NCBI GenBank assembly: GCA_024236375.1
Contig: JACKKP010000001.1
Location: 144,266-208,265 of the forward strand
Reading direction: 5' to 3'
From: Rickettsiaceae bacterium
Lineage (GTDB): Bacteria > Pseudomonadota > Alphaproteobacteria > Rickettsiales > Rickettsiaceae
DNA: 64,000 nucleotides
Shown here: positions 1 to 12,055 of the stretch, in pieces
Numbering within the stretch: position 1 is the first letter of the stretch
How the letters are laid out: each line of letters opens with the position of its first letter
Translations under genes and position numbers: made by a program
The notes under the pieces: model-generated
What the model was told of the DNA's origin: nothing
Seen by the model: only the letters and a program-made list of their open reading frames with translations
Database searches by the model: none

Positions 1-2
1 TA

Positions 3-1106
<1,104 letters not shown>

Positions 1107-1662
1107 TTATTTATCATATTAAATAAGCTTTTATTTAGAGTGTGCATTATTATTAATAGTCTTAATTGAAGCCTATATATTTATTTAAGTTGAAAAAGTC
1201 TTAAGAATATATGTATTATATACTCTTTTTTAGTATAGTTATAACTTGGTCTAATTATATTAGTTACTGATATTGTGTTAAATACTAGGCACGAGAGGGG
1301 CTCGTATCCTATCCTAATAAATAAATAGGTAAGAAGACGTAACGTTGCTAATTCACCCTAAAATACTTAGGCGACGTTTTTAGTAATTAACGCTCTTGCT
1401 ATAAGAATGTTGTATATTGTTGTGATTGTTCCTCTAATATATAAATTTCTTTTATAATAGAAAATTCTAAAAATAGTGATTTAGTGCAACTAAAACTATA
1501 GATAACAATCTCTCTTTGAAGGCTCTACAAATAAATTAGCGAAAATTGCTAGAAGATTAAAGTTATTAGTGTGTCTTAAATAACGGTGTTACACAAACTC
1601 AAAAATAATTTTAATAATAAAAAGATTGTAGCACCACCTTATCCATAAGTTCGTTATAAAAC

Positions 1663-1977
1663 TTATAATAAATCACAACAACATTTATTATCTTGATTGC
1701 CAGCTATTGTAATTGTTGTTTCTTCTATTTCTACAGGATTAGATTGTTCCATTTGCCCTTCTGTACGAAAAGCCATGATGTTATTAGAGGTTGTATTTGC
1801 TGATTGCTGTTTTTCTGGCTCTAAAATTGTTGTAACTGTTCTAGCTATAGGGGTATTTTGCTGTATTATTGGTACTTCTTTCGGTTCTTCTGTTGGTTCT
1901 TTCGTAGCGAGGTTTTCTAGGTTTTGTGTATTAGATAACATAAAATTAACTCTTAATAATTTCTCAAAATATTTCAT
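1663..1977 (-). CDS. Orphan low-complexity protein ending in CCCDLL (CaaX-type tail), candidate effector
   Basis: 104-aa E/T/Q/P-rich ORF; C-terminus TITIAGNQDNKCCCDLL*. Start could also be the internal Met (MLSNTQ). Confidence 0.65.
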   Translation of the reverse strand: MKYFEKLLRVNFMLSNTQNLENLATKEPTEEPKEVPIIQQNTPIARTVTTILEPEKQQSANTTSNNIMAFRTEGQMEQSNPVEIEETTITIAGNQDNKCCCDLL

Positions 1978-2042
1978 AGTATGAATTTAAAATAAATTAC
2001 AACGTAGGACAAAGCGTATTTACGATATGGCTTTTTTTAAGA

Positions 2043-2076
2043 AAGGAATATGTCGAATAATTACAACATATTCCTT
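2043..2076 (-). terminator. Putative intrinsic terminator downstream of prsA
   Basis: Inverted repeat AAGGAATATGT...ACATATTCCTT. Confidence 0.55.
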
Positions 2077-2100
2077 CACTAATATTTTGATTAGTTAAAA

Positions 2101-2917
2101 TTAATTTGAGTGTTTAATTTCTATTTTTGCATCTTTCTCTAAGGTGTCGATATATTTCATAATAGCATCATTTGCTATTTTACCTTTGAGTTCTTGTTCG
2201 ATATCTTTTTTTTCTGGAATTTGGATATCACGTATGTCATATATTTTAATTAAATGCCATCCAAAATTTGTTTTTACTGGATCCGATACTTCGTTTTTCT
2301 TCATATTGAAAGCTTTTTCTTCAAATTCAGGTACTAAACGTCCTTTGGTGATGTAACCAATACTTCCGCCTTTGACTTTTGAAGCTTCATCTTTGGAATA
2401 TTTTTCTGCTAATTTTTCAAAGCTAGTACTTTTTAATTGCTCTTTGACTTCTTTAGCTTTGCTTTCAGAATCAACTAAAATATGACTTACTTGAATTTCT
2501 TTCTGACCCTTCAGGTATTCTCTCTTTTGAAGTCTTGATATTCTGTTTCTACTGCCTTATCAGTTATTAAATCTTTAGTTTATGTTCGAATAATGTTTGT
2601 TTGTACTAAAGCATTTTTCAGCGTTTTCTAGTTGTGTTTTAAAATCTGTTGTTTAGTAAGGCCTAGGTTATCGGCTTCTTTTCTCAGCCTTCATGATAAT
2701 ATAGCTTTTTAATTAGTGCTTCTTGTAATTTTTATCAAGGTCACTAAATTTTTTGCCCTTAGTTTCTGGTTGTTTATCAAGCATAGGAGCAATTAGCTCA
2801 TCACTTGTCTATTCAGATACTTTACCACCAGAATATGTCCCTTGACAATATCATCGTTATTTGCACCGACGAATTACCAATAAAGTGAGTAATAAAGAGC
2901 GATAGCTATTTTTTCAT
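2101..2917 (-). pseudogene. prsA: Parvulin-type peptidyl-prolyl isomerase / foldase PrsA, frameshifted in 5' half (probably assembly errors)
   Basis: Reverse strand reads MKKIAIA.. from 2917. The intact 3' frame gives VSHILV..FEKLAEKYSKD..GGSIGY..LVPEFEEKAF..VSDPVKTNFGWHLI (rotamase). Several indels lie between about 2520 and 2900. Divergent from secA. Confidence 0.85.
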
Positions 2918-3086
2918 AATTTTAATTCACAAAAATGTTTAAATTATTAATATAAATGATATTGTTTCTAAAGCTCTGATACAAATGTCAAATGCATTTT
3001 TGATTTTTTAGAAAATACGTTTTGGAATTCTTTTAAAAATGCAATATCTTGTTTTGCATAAGTAATATAAAACAATGATTTATAAG

Positions 3087-5816
3087 ATGTTTTTCGATAT
3101 TGACAAAAATATTTGGTACTGCAAATGATCGTAAAATAAAAAAACTGCAAAAAGAAGTTGTACAAATTAATTTATTTGAGCCAGAATTAGCAAAATTAAC
3201 TGACGAACAATTATCAAACAAAACTATAAAATTTAAAGAACATGACTCCAGGAAGGAGACACTTTAGAAGATATAGTATATGAAGCTTTTGCTGTGGTGC
3301 GTGAAGCAGCTAAAAGAGTATCTTCTTTAAGGCATTATGATGTGCAAATGATAGGTGGATTAATTTTGCATCGTGGCATGATTAATGAAATGAAAACAGG
3401 AGAAGGTAAAACTTTAGTATCCACTTTGCCTGCTTACTTAAATGCATTAACTGGTAAAGGTGTGCATGTGGTAACAGTCAATGAATATCTAGTAGTAAGA
3501 GATGCGGAAGCTATGGGTAAAATATTTAGATTTTTGGGTCTTACTGTAGGCCATGTAGTTTCTGGTATGAATGATGCAGCGCGTAAAGCAGCTTATGAAT
3601 GTGATATTACTTATGCAACTAATAATGAATTAGGATTTGATTATTTGCGTGATAATATGAAGTTTACGCTTGAATCTAAATGCCAACGACCATTTAATTT
3701 TGCTATTATTGATGAGGTAGATTCAATTTTAATTGATGAAGCAAGAACTCCCTTAATAATTTCTGGTCCTGTTGATGACAATAGTAATTTACACTCTAAA
3801 ATTAACGATTTAGTTTCAAATCTTGGCAGTGATCACTATGAAATTGATGAAAAAGCGAAATCTGTCCTTTTAACAGAAGAAGGGATCAATAAAGTAGAAT
3901 CTTTACTAGTTAAATATAGTTTGATTAAAGCTGATACAAGTTTATATGATTTTGAAAATTTAAGTTTAGTGCATTATGTCAATCAAGCACTAAAAGCACA
4001 TCTAATTTTTGCTAATAATGTCGACTACTTGGTTCAAGATAATCAGGTAATGATTATTGATGAATTTACTGGTCGTATCATGGAAGGGCGTAGATATTCA
4101 GATGGGTTACATCAAGCAATCGAAGCGAAAGAAAAAGTACCTATACAAAATGAAAATCAAACTTTAGCCTCTACAACATTTCAAAATTATTTCCGGATGT
4201 ATCCAAAATTAGCGGGAATGACCGGAACAGCAATGACTGAAGCTGGTGAATTAAAAGATATATATAATTTAGAAGTATTATCAGTACCCACTCATAAAAA
4301 GATAATCAGAGTTGATAATGATGATATAATTTATGGTACTAAAAAAGAAAAATACGAAGCGTTAATTAACCTTATAAAAAAATGTCATGATAAAGGACAA
4401 CCAATGCTAGTAGGTACTGTCAGTATTGAAAAATCTGAGGAAATTTCTGCTCTGTTAAACAAACACAAAATCAAACATAATATTCTCAACGCTAAGCATC
4501 ACGCACGTGAAGCACATATTATTGCACAAGCTGGAAGATATAAAGCTATTACTATTGCTACTAATATGGCGGGTCGTGGAACTGATATTATGCTAGGGGG
4601 TAATTTAGAGATGTTAATAGAAGATATTAGCTCGGAAATTTCTGAGGATGAGCGTGCATCTAAAATTAACAAAATTAAAGAAGAACTAGCTATAGAAAAA
4701 CAAAAAGTAATAGAAGCTGGCGGGTTGTATGTAATTGGTACAGAGAGACACGAAAGTCGTCGAATTGATAACCAACTTCGAGGTAGAGCAGGTCGTCAAG
4801 GAGATCCGGGGGAAAGTAAGTTTTTTTTGTCACTAGAAGATGATTTAATGAGAATTTTTGCTTCTGAAAGAATTGCAGGTGTATTACGTAGTTTAGGTCT
4901 TAAAGATGGGGAAGCAATACACCATCCAATGATTAGTAAATCCTTAGAAAAAGCACAGCAAAAAGTTGAATCTCACAATTATGAACACCGTAAAAATTTG
5001 CTCAAATTTGATAATGTAATGAATGATCAGCGGCGTGTTATATACGATCAGCGTAATGAAATTATAGCTGCTGATAATGTAGAAGAATTTATTGACAATA
5101 TGGCATTAGATTTATGTAATTCTATTGTGCGTACTCATATTGCACCAGGTGCGTTGAGAGAAGATTGGCTAATTGATGAACTAATTATGGAAGTGCAAAG
5201 AATATTCGCCATTAAAGTTGAAAAAAATATGATTTTAGCTATAGAGGGTGATGAAAATGATATTATATCTAATCTATATGAAAATGTAAAAACACTATGT
5301 ATGAAAAAAAGAGAAATTTACGGCGAACAAATTTTCACTTCTGCAACTAAATACATATTAATTACAACTTTAGATCAGGTATGGAAAGAACATTTACATA
5401 GTTTAGATCATTTAAAGCAAGGTATACAACTTAGAGCTTATGGCCAAAAAGACCCATTGATTGAATATAAAAGAGAAGCATTTGGCTTATTTGAGAGAAT
5501 GCTTGATTACTTGAAAGAATTATATATACAAAGAGTCTGTCATTTACATATTGACCTTGAACATATCAATAAAAAAGATCTTGCACTTAGTAATATCAAA
5601 CCACAGAAGATGCAAGAAAATCGCTCAAGTGAAGAATTTTCAAAATATAATACAGGCCGCTCAATAATAACTAAAGCATCGTCAGTTACAAAGTATGTAA
5701 AAGCTGAAGATCGTAACCCATTAGAACCAGAAAGTTGGGGGAAAGTTGCACGAAATGAATTATGTCCTTGTGATTCAGGGAAGAAATATAAATATTGCCA
5801 TGGAGCAGAAATATAA
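3087..5816 (+). CDS. secA: Preprotein translocase ATPase SecA (true start about 3087; two indels near 3092 and 3243)
   Basis: [28 protein letters not shown]-terminal [13 protein letters not shown] zinc motif. The N-terminus [18 protein letters not shown] lies in the +1 frame from about 3094 to 3243. Confidence 0.96.
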
Positions 5817-5818
5817 AT

Positions 5819-6547
5819 ATGACAAAACCCGTTATTGGAATAGTACTAGATTTACCACAAAATAAAGATAAATATTCTTATGCAGCCAAGCCTTGGTATG
5901 CTCTAAGAGCGTGTTATTCTGAAAGAGTAAAAGAAGCTGGGGGAGTTGCTATGATGATTCCATATGATATTCATAGCATAGAATCAATCATCCAAAATAT
6001 TGATGGTTTAATAATTCCAGGTGGAGATGAAGATATTAATCCAACTTTTTATGGACAGGAGATAATCTCTGATAAGGTAAAAGTTAACGACCTGAGAGCA
6101 AATTTTGAATTACTTCTTACTCAACATGCCTTAGAAATTAATCTTCCTCTGCTTGGTATTTGCAATGGAATGCAAATTATTAACGTGGTTCAGGGGGGCA
6201 CATTGATTCAACATATCCCTGATGTTATTAAAAGTATAATTAATCATGAGCAACCATATCCTAAAGATATCCCAACTCATTCAGTTACAATAACTCAAGG
6301 CACAATATTAGCCAGCTTAAGCGAGACATCAGAGATTATGGTCAATTCTACACATCATCAAGCAATAGATAAAATTGGTAAAGATTTAGTTATATCTGCG
6401 CGTGCTGATGATGGTATTATTGAAGCTATAGAGTCAGTAAAACATCATTTTGTAATAGGAGTAGAGTGGCATTCAGAATATGCTAACTCTCAGTTAGATA
6501 AAAATTTATTTAGCAAATTAGTACAATTTGCTAAAAATAGAAAATAA
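5819..6547 (+). CDS. Class I glutamine amidotransferase-like, peptidase C26 / gamma-glutamyl-GABA hydrolase family
   Basis: MTKPVIGI start; PGGDED, LGICNGMQ (catalytic Cys), VNSTHHQA, GVEWHSE (His-x-Glu). Confidence 0.9.
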   Translation: MTKPVIGIVLDLPQNKDKYSYAAKPWYALRACYSERVKEAGGVAMMIPYDIHSIESIIQNIDGLIIPGGDEDINPTFYGQEIISDKVKVNDLRANFELLLTQHALEINLPLLGICNGMQIINVVQGGTLIQHIPDVIKSIINHEQPYPKDIPTHSVTITQGTILASLSETSEIMVNSTHHQAIDKIGKDLVISARADDGIIEAIESVKHHFVIGVEWHSEYANSQLDKNLFSKLVQFAKNRK

Positions 6548-6561
6548 AATTGGAGGAAAAT

Positions 6562-7539
6562 ATGTATCCTATAGTCAGGTTAAGACGTAATCGCAGAACT
6601 CAGTGGTTAAGAGATATTAATGCTGAAACAAAATTATCTATAGAAAACCTGATTTTAGCTGTGTTTGTTGTAGAAGGTCATAATATCAAACAAGAATTGA
6701 GAACTATGCCAGGAGTATTTCGTTATTCAATTGACCAAGTAGTAGATGTTGCTATGGAAGCAAGTAGGCGTGGTATCAGGGCAATAGCTTTATTTCCAGC
6801 TATTGAGCATAATTTAAAAACGGAAAATGCTGATGAGGCATATAATCCAGATAGTTTAATATGCCGTACAATTAGGAAAATTAAAAATCTTAACATTGAT
6901 ATAGGAATTATATGTGATGTTGCGTTGGACCCATATACTATTCATGGTCACGATGGAATTTTGATAGATGGTGACGTGGATAATGATAAAACAGTCGAAG
7001 CATTATCTAATCAAGCGTTAGTACTTGCAAAAGCAGGAGCAGATATTATTGCCCCTTCTGATATGATGGATGGACGTATCACAAATATAAGAGATAATTT
7101 GGACGAAGCGGGTTTTGTGAATGTAAATTTACTTGCTTATGCCGCAAAGTATAATTCTAGTTTTTATGGTCCATTTCGTGATGCAGTAGGTAGCAACAAA
7201 GATGAATATATTTGTAAAGCAACCTATCAAATGGATATACGTAATAAAAAAGAAGCAATGAGAGAGGTAGAGCAAGATATATTAGAGGGAGCAGATATGA
7301 TCCTTATCAAGCCTGCATTATCGTCACTTGATATCATCAGTGAGGTTTCAAAAGAGTTCAATGCACACATATTTGCCTTTCAAGTAAGTGGAGAATATGC
7401 AATGATAAAATATGCAGCTCTTAATGGAGCTTTGCAATGGGAAAAAGCTATGATTGAAGCGCTGACTTGTATTAAAAGATCAGGTGCCTCAGGTATATTT
7501 ACTTATGCCGCTTTGGAAATGGCTAATCTAATAAAATAA
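6562..7539 (+). CDS. hemB: Porphobilinogen synthase (delta-aminolevulinate dehydratase)
   Basis: RLRRNR, DVALDPYTIHGHDG, APSDMMDGR, FYGPFRDA, QVSGEY. GGAGG RBS precedes ATG 6562. Confidence 0.97.
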   Translation: MYPIVRLRRNRRTQWLRDINAETKLSIENLILAVFVVEGHNIKQELRTMPGVFRYSIDQVVDVAMEASRRGIRAIALFPAIEHNLKTENADEAYNPDSLICRTIRKIKNLNIDIGIICDVALDPYTIHGHDGILIDGDVDNDKTVEALSNQALVLAKAGADIIAPSDMMDGRITNIRDNLDEAGFVNVNLLAYAAKYNSSFYGPFRDAVGSNKDEYICKATYQMDIRNKKEAMREVEQDILEGADMILIKPALSSLDIISEVSKEFNAHIFAFQVSGEYAMIKYAALNGALQWEKAMIEALTCIKRSGASGIFTYAALEMANLIK

Positions 7540-7555
7540 AAAATTAGGAGAAAAT

Positions 7556-8200
7556 ATGTATAACAAAGAATGTTTTTCTAAAAAAATACCAAGATTGGTT
7601 ATTATTTGTAGTATCATAATTGCTGCAATATCCACTTATATTCTACTGACGAATGATTTACTAACTAAACCATTAGCTGGTAAAGGCAGTACTATAGAAG
7701 ACTCGGTTCTTATAGGTGGGGATTTTATCCTTACTGATCAAGATGGAGAAAAATTTAACAGTGAACAAATGCAAGATCGTATTAGTTTAATTTATTTTGG
7801 ATTCACTTATTGCCCAGATATTTGTCCTACTTCTCTGCAAAAAATTAGTATGATAGTTGATAGTTTAGACAAATATAGGATAGATGTATTACCTATTTTT
7901 ATCACTGTAGATCCTAAGCGTGATACACCAGAAGTTTTGAAACAATACTTATCGCATTTTAATAAGAAAATAATAGGGCTTACTGGTGACGAGACCACTA
8001 TCAGAGAAGTAGCAGATTTATATAAAGTATATTATGAGTTTGTACGTGGCCACGAGTTAGATGGAGGAACGTACATGATAGATCATACGGCTTTCATTTA
8101 TCTAATGGGTAAAAACAGACAATATATCAAACATTTCTATATCACTGATACTCCAGAAAATATCATTGAATATATTAGAGTAAATCATAAATCTTTCTAA
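7556..8200 (+). CDS. SCO1/SenC family copper chaperone
   Basis: N-terminal TM helix, FGFTYCPDICP (CxxxC), ITVDPKRD, DHT. Confidence 0.93.
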   Translation: MYNKECFSKKIPRLVIICSIIIAAISTYILLTNDLLTKPLAGKGSTIEDSVLIGGDFILTDQDGEKFNSEQMQDRISLIYFGFTYCPDICPTSLQKISMIVDSLDKYRIDVLPIFITVDPKRDTPEVLKQYLSHFNKKIIGLTGDETTIREVADLYKVYYEFVRGHELDGGTYMIDHTAFIYLMGKNRQYIKHFYITDTPENIIEYIRVNHKSF

Positions 8201-8205
8201 AATAA

Positions 8206-8240
8206 AACAGTGATAGTCTCAGCCAGGGATTATCGCTGTT
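8206..8240 (+). terminator. Putative terminator hairpin after the secA-to-SCO gene run
   Basis: AACAGTGATAGTCTC-loop-GGGATTATCGCTGTT stem with G-U pairs. Confidence 0.55.
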
Positions 8241-8492
8241 AAATATCTTATAAACATAATCTCTCTAAAATAGAATATTTTGCCGATCAGTGATGATTGA
8301 TTTCAATATTATTTAACGAGTTATTAGTCTTTTGTAGCGTGGATGCATTTGGTGACACTAACGGCTTTTTTACACCACAACTAGTTGCTACAAAGCATAG
8401 TAAGATAAGCTTAATCAATTTTTTCTGGAAAAACATTTTTATTTGTCAAAAAATTTATATAAATTAAATGATATAATTTTTTAGATTATATA

Positions 8493-9200
8493 ATGAAAAA
8501 AATATTAGTCCATTACTGTAAAGTCATTTTAAGTATTTCAATAATATTAGGATTGCAAACTCACGCTGAGCAAATTACAATGATTCGCCATGATAGTTAC
8601 TTTCCTATAGAAATTGCTTTTTATGACCAAGATAATCAGAAAAGATTTTTAGAAGAATATGAAGGCAATGTAATATTATTAGTTTTTTGGGCTAGTTGGT
8701 GCGGAGGTTGCGTAGATGAATTACCCAAATTAGATAATTTACAAAAAGATTTTCGGAAACTACCTTTTAAAGTAATTGCATTGTCAGAAGATCATCATAA
8801 TATAGAATTTTTGAAAAATTATTTTGCTAAAAAAGATATAAGATATCTCGAAATATTCAAAGATCAAAATAGTGAGTTAATGACAAAATTAATAGTAGCC
8901 GGCTTACCTACTGCTTATCTTATAGATATAGACGGCAAGTTAAAAGCTGAATTTAAAGGTAATGTTAAATGGGAATTAGACGAAGTACGCAAAATTATTA
9001 TTGAAGAATTTAAAGATAACATAGAATTACCAAGAAATAGTTTTAAGTATAAACAATTTGTTGAAAATCTTAAACCTACTTCAGAAGAGCAAAAACTAAC
9101 TTCTGCGTCTGACCCAGTGTCCGAATCAGGGTCTTTAATAGAACAAGAAAATAAAGAAGAAAATATCAGAAAAGAAGGAGATATAAAAAATGCAAAATAA
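8493..9200 (+). CDS. TlpA-family thiol:disulfide oxidoreductase
   Basis: Signal/TM segment, FWASWCGGC (CxxC), GLPTAYLID. Confidence 0.88.
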   Translation: MKKILVHYCKVILSISIILGLQTHAEQITMIRHDSYFPIEIAFYDQDNQKRFLEEYEGNVILLVFWASWCGGCVDELPKLDNLQKDFRKLPFKVIALSEDHHNIEFLKNYFAKKDIRYLEIFKDQNSELMTKLIVAGLPTAYLIDIDGKLKAEFKGNVKWELDEVRKIIIEEFKDNIELPRNSFKYKQFVENLKPTSEEQKLTSASDPVSESGSLIEQENKEENIRKEGDIKNAK

Positions 9201-10107
9201 GTCAAAATTTGTTGCAAGTGAGCAAATGATTTATAGAAAAAACATTAAGCGTTTAAATCAGTTATTATCAATTTTATCTTTAAATTTTTTAAAACGTCGT
9301 CCCGTAGTATCGGTAATAAAATTAGAAGGCGTAATAGGTAAAGTTGGTTTAGGCAAAATAGGTCTAACTCTCGATTCATTAGATGAATTAATACGAAAAG
9401 CTTTTAATACTGAACGCGTAATAGCGGTGTGCTTGGTGATTAATTCTCCAGGAGGTTCACCAGTACAATCAGATTTAATTGCAACACGTATCACCAATTT
9501 ATCTAGTAAGTATGATATACCAGTTTATTCTTTCGTTGAAGACATGGCTGCCTCAGGTGGTTACTGGCTTGCATGTGCAGGAGAAGAGATTTATGTTAAT
9601 CGTAGCTCGTTGATTGGTAGTATAGGAGTTGTCGCACGTGGTTTTGGGTTCGCTGAAATGATCAAAAAAATAGGTGTTGAACGCAGAGTATATACCCAAG
9701 GAGAAAATAAATCAGTATTAGATCCATTTACTCCAGAAAAGAAAAAAGATATAGAGTTAATCACAGATATTCAGAAGTATGTTCATCAACATTTTATCGA
9801 TGCTGTAAAAATCAGTAGGCATAATCGTTTGACTCAAAGTGATGAAATATTATTTGACGGAACATTTTGGTCTGGGCAAACAGCTGTAGATTATGGTTTA
9901 GTTGATGGAATAGATGATTTATATTCGTTTATTAATAAAAAATTTGGCCATCATATCAAAATAGAATATATCAAACCAAAAACATCTTGGTTACAAAAAA
10001 AGCTTAATATAAGTGTTAACTTACAAAAAATTGCTAATAATGTAGCTGACCATTTATTGACAAAGATAGAATCAAAAATAGATTATGATAAATTTGATCT
10101 GAAATAA
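9190..10107 (+). CDS. S49 family peptidase (SppA/SohB-like)
   Basis: INSPGGSPVQS, DMAASGGYWLA, GSIGV. Confidence 0.92.
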   Translation: MQNKSKFVASEQMIYRKNIKRLNQLLSILSLNFLKRRPVVSVIKLEGVIGKVGLGKIGLTLDSLDELIRKAFNTERVIAVCLVINSPGGSPVQSDLIATRITNLSSKYDIPVYSFVEDMAASGGYWLACAGEEIYVNRSSLIGSIGVVARGFGFAEMIKKIGVERRVYTQGENKSVLDPFTPEKKKDIELITDIQKYVHQHFIDAVKISRHNRLTQSDEILFDGTFWSGQTAVDYGLVDGIDDLYSFINKKFGHHIKIEYIKPKTSWLQKKLNISVNLQKIANNVADHLLTKIESKIDYDKFDLK

Positions 10108-10111
10108 ATTA

Positions 10112-11545
10112 ATGAAAGAGAGAATAATCTATTGGCACAGACAAGATTTGAGATTAAAGGATAACCCAGCGCTCAATTGGGCAGCTTCTAAGGGGATTGT
10201 TATTCCTCTTTATATTAATAATTCTCAGCTATTTGATGATATGTATATAGGGGCCGCTCAGAAGTGGTGGCTCCATCATAGTTTGTCGGCACTTCAAACA
10301 GAATATGCGCAATATAATATAAATTTAATACTACGTAGCGGTGATCCTAGAGAGATTATTGAAAAATTATTACAAGAGCTGAATATTTCAGCTATTACTT
10401 GGAATAGATGTTATGATCCTCATTCGATAGCAAGGGATATGCAACTGAAAGCGTATTTTAAGCAGCAAGCAATTGAAATAAAAACTTTCAACAGCTCTTT
10501 GCTTACAGAGCCTAGTCACATTCTAAATCAGAATAATGAATTTTATAAAGTATTCACACCTTACTGGAAAAATTGCAAGCAAATAATTAAGCATGAAGAT
10601 ATAGTGCCAATGCCTAAACTTGAACCTGTTGCTTTGTCAATTGCTACAGAAAATTTAGATGATTGGGAATTGTTACCGCATAGTCCAAACTGGGCTAAAG
10701 GATTTGGTGATTACTGGCAGCCAGGAGAAAAAGGTGCCCAACAAAATATAGCCAGTTTTTTCAGTAATGGGTTATGTGGATATCATCAAAACCGTGATAT
10801 TCCAAGTTGCCTAGGTACTTCCAGAATATCTCCTCATTTAAAATTTGGCGAGATCAGTCCCAGACAAATTTGGAATAAATTATGTCAAATAGCAGAACAG
10901 AAAGGCTATACAGAAGATATAGACCGCTACTCAGCTGAACTTGGATGGCGAGAATTCTCTTATTATTTATTGTTTCATTTTCCAAATTTAATGAGTAAGT
11001 CTTTTAACCATAAATTTGCTGATTTTCCTTGGATAACAAATGAAAAATATCTTAAAGCCTGGCAAAAGGGAATGACAGGATACCCTATGGTGGATGCTGG
11101 TATGAGAGAATTATGGCATACAGGCTGGATGCATAATAGGGTTAGAATGATTGTTGGCTCGTTTTTGACAAAACATTTATTAATTTCATGGCAAAAAGGT
11201 GCAGAATGGTTTTTATATACTTTAGTTGATGCTGACATAGCGAATAATAGTGCTGGTTGGCAGTGGATTAGCGGAAGTGGGGCAGATGCTGCTCCGTATT
11301 TTAGGATTTTCAATCCAGTGACGCAAGGTCAAAAATTTGATTCTGAAGGTTCATATATTAGAAACTGGGTGCCAGAAATAGCAGGGCTACCTGATCAATA
11401 TATACATTCTCCATGGGAAGCAAGTGACGAATTATTAGAAAAATGTGGAATTAAATTAGGTGCAGATTATCCGCACCCTATTGTGAATCATAGCAAAGCG
11501 CGTGAATCCGCTTTAGCAGCTTATGGGCAAATCAAAAAATTATAA
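10112..11545 (+). CDS. phrB: Deoxyribodipyrimidine (CPD) photolyase
   Basis: WHRQDLRLKDNPAL, TSRISPHLKFGEISPR, ELGWREF, TGWMHNRVRM, GWQW, APYFRIFNP. Confidence 0.95.
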   Translation: MKERIIYWHRQDLRLKDNPALNWAASKGIVIPLYINNSQLFDDMYIGAAQKWWLHHSLSALQTEYAQYNINLILRSGDPREIIEKLLQELNISAITWNRCYDPHSIARDMQLKAYFKQQAIEIKTFNSSLLTEPSHILNQNNEFYKVFTPYWKNCKQIIKHEDIVPMPKLEPVALSIATENLDDWELLPHSPNWAKGFGDYWQPGEKGAQQNIASFFSNGLCGYHQNRDIPSCLGTSRISPHLKFGEISPRQIWNKLCQIAEQKGYTEDIDRYSAELGWREFSYYLLFHFPNLMSKSFNHKFADFPWITNEKYLKAWQKGMTGYPMVDAGMRELWHTGWMHNRVRMIVGSFLTKHLLISWQKGAEWFLYTLVDADIANNSAGWQWISGSGADAAPYFRIFNPVTQGQKFDSEGSYIRNWVPEIAGLPDQYIHSPWEASDELLEKCGIKLGADYPHPIVNHSKARESALAAYGQIKKL

Positions 11546-11565
11546 TATAGTTGTGGAAATTGAGG

Positions 11566-11623
11566 TTTGAGTAGGCGTTGTTTGTTCACTTAGTATAGTG
11601 TGTTTCTATTACTCCTACTCAAA
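11566..11623. terminator. Inverted repeat between convergent genes (possible bidirectional terminator)
   Basis: TTTGAGTAGG ... CCTACTCAAA. Confidence 0.4.
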
Positions 11624-11698
11624 TATCAAACTAATTTGTTATATACTAGTTTGAGAAGTGGTATTTTGTATTATTTACAATGCATGTAAGTGTTGATG

Positions 11699-12055
11699 TT
11701 AAAAATCATCTAATGATTCTGTACAAATTAAAGAATTGGATCCTAACTCTTGTGAATCTAAATTATCTGTGATTGGTGTTGATAATTCCTCTACATTTGT
11801 CTGTTGTATTTGAGTTGTAGCATCATCCCAGGCTGCCCAATATGCTTTCCAATAGGCTTTTCCTGCAAGTAATTTAACATATTCATTTCTATCGCTGATA
11901 TTTCCCTTATTGACCTTATTTTGATGTAAACATAGAGCCGAATCAGCTTGTTTATTTATACTAGTTTTTTGTATAGTTTTTTCTAAGGAGCCACGATTGA
12001 TGATTTTGTGTCCTAATTGAGAAGGATTTTTAAGTATATAAGATTTTTTTGTCAT
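11699..12055 (-). CDS. Orphan protein, paralog of 12363-12746
   Basis: Shares MxKKS, SQLG, EKTIQKT, ISDRNEY and TDNL blocks with the neighbouring ORF. Confidence 0.65.
   Translation of the reverse strand: MTKKSYILKNPSQLGHKIINRGSLEKTIQKTSINKQADSALCLHQNKVNKGNISDRNEYVKLLAGKAYWKAYWAAWDDATTQIQQTNVEELSTPITDNLDSQELGSNSLICTESLDDF

Noticed and set aside
1697-1984. Hydrophobic Cys-rich 95-aa + strand ORF
   Set aside because: Antisense mirror of the low-complexity 1663-1977 ORF; TTG start with no RBS. Cannot be fully excluded.
2968-3221. Two short minus-strand ORFs upstream of the called secA
   Set aside because: They overlap the true, frameshifted secA N-terminus on the + strand.
8331-8394. Weak inverted repeat TTTGTAGC/GCTACAAA as a mobile element
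   Set aside because: Only 8-bp arms and no second copy recognised in the window.
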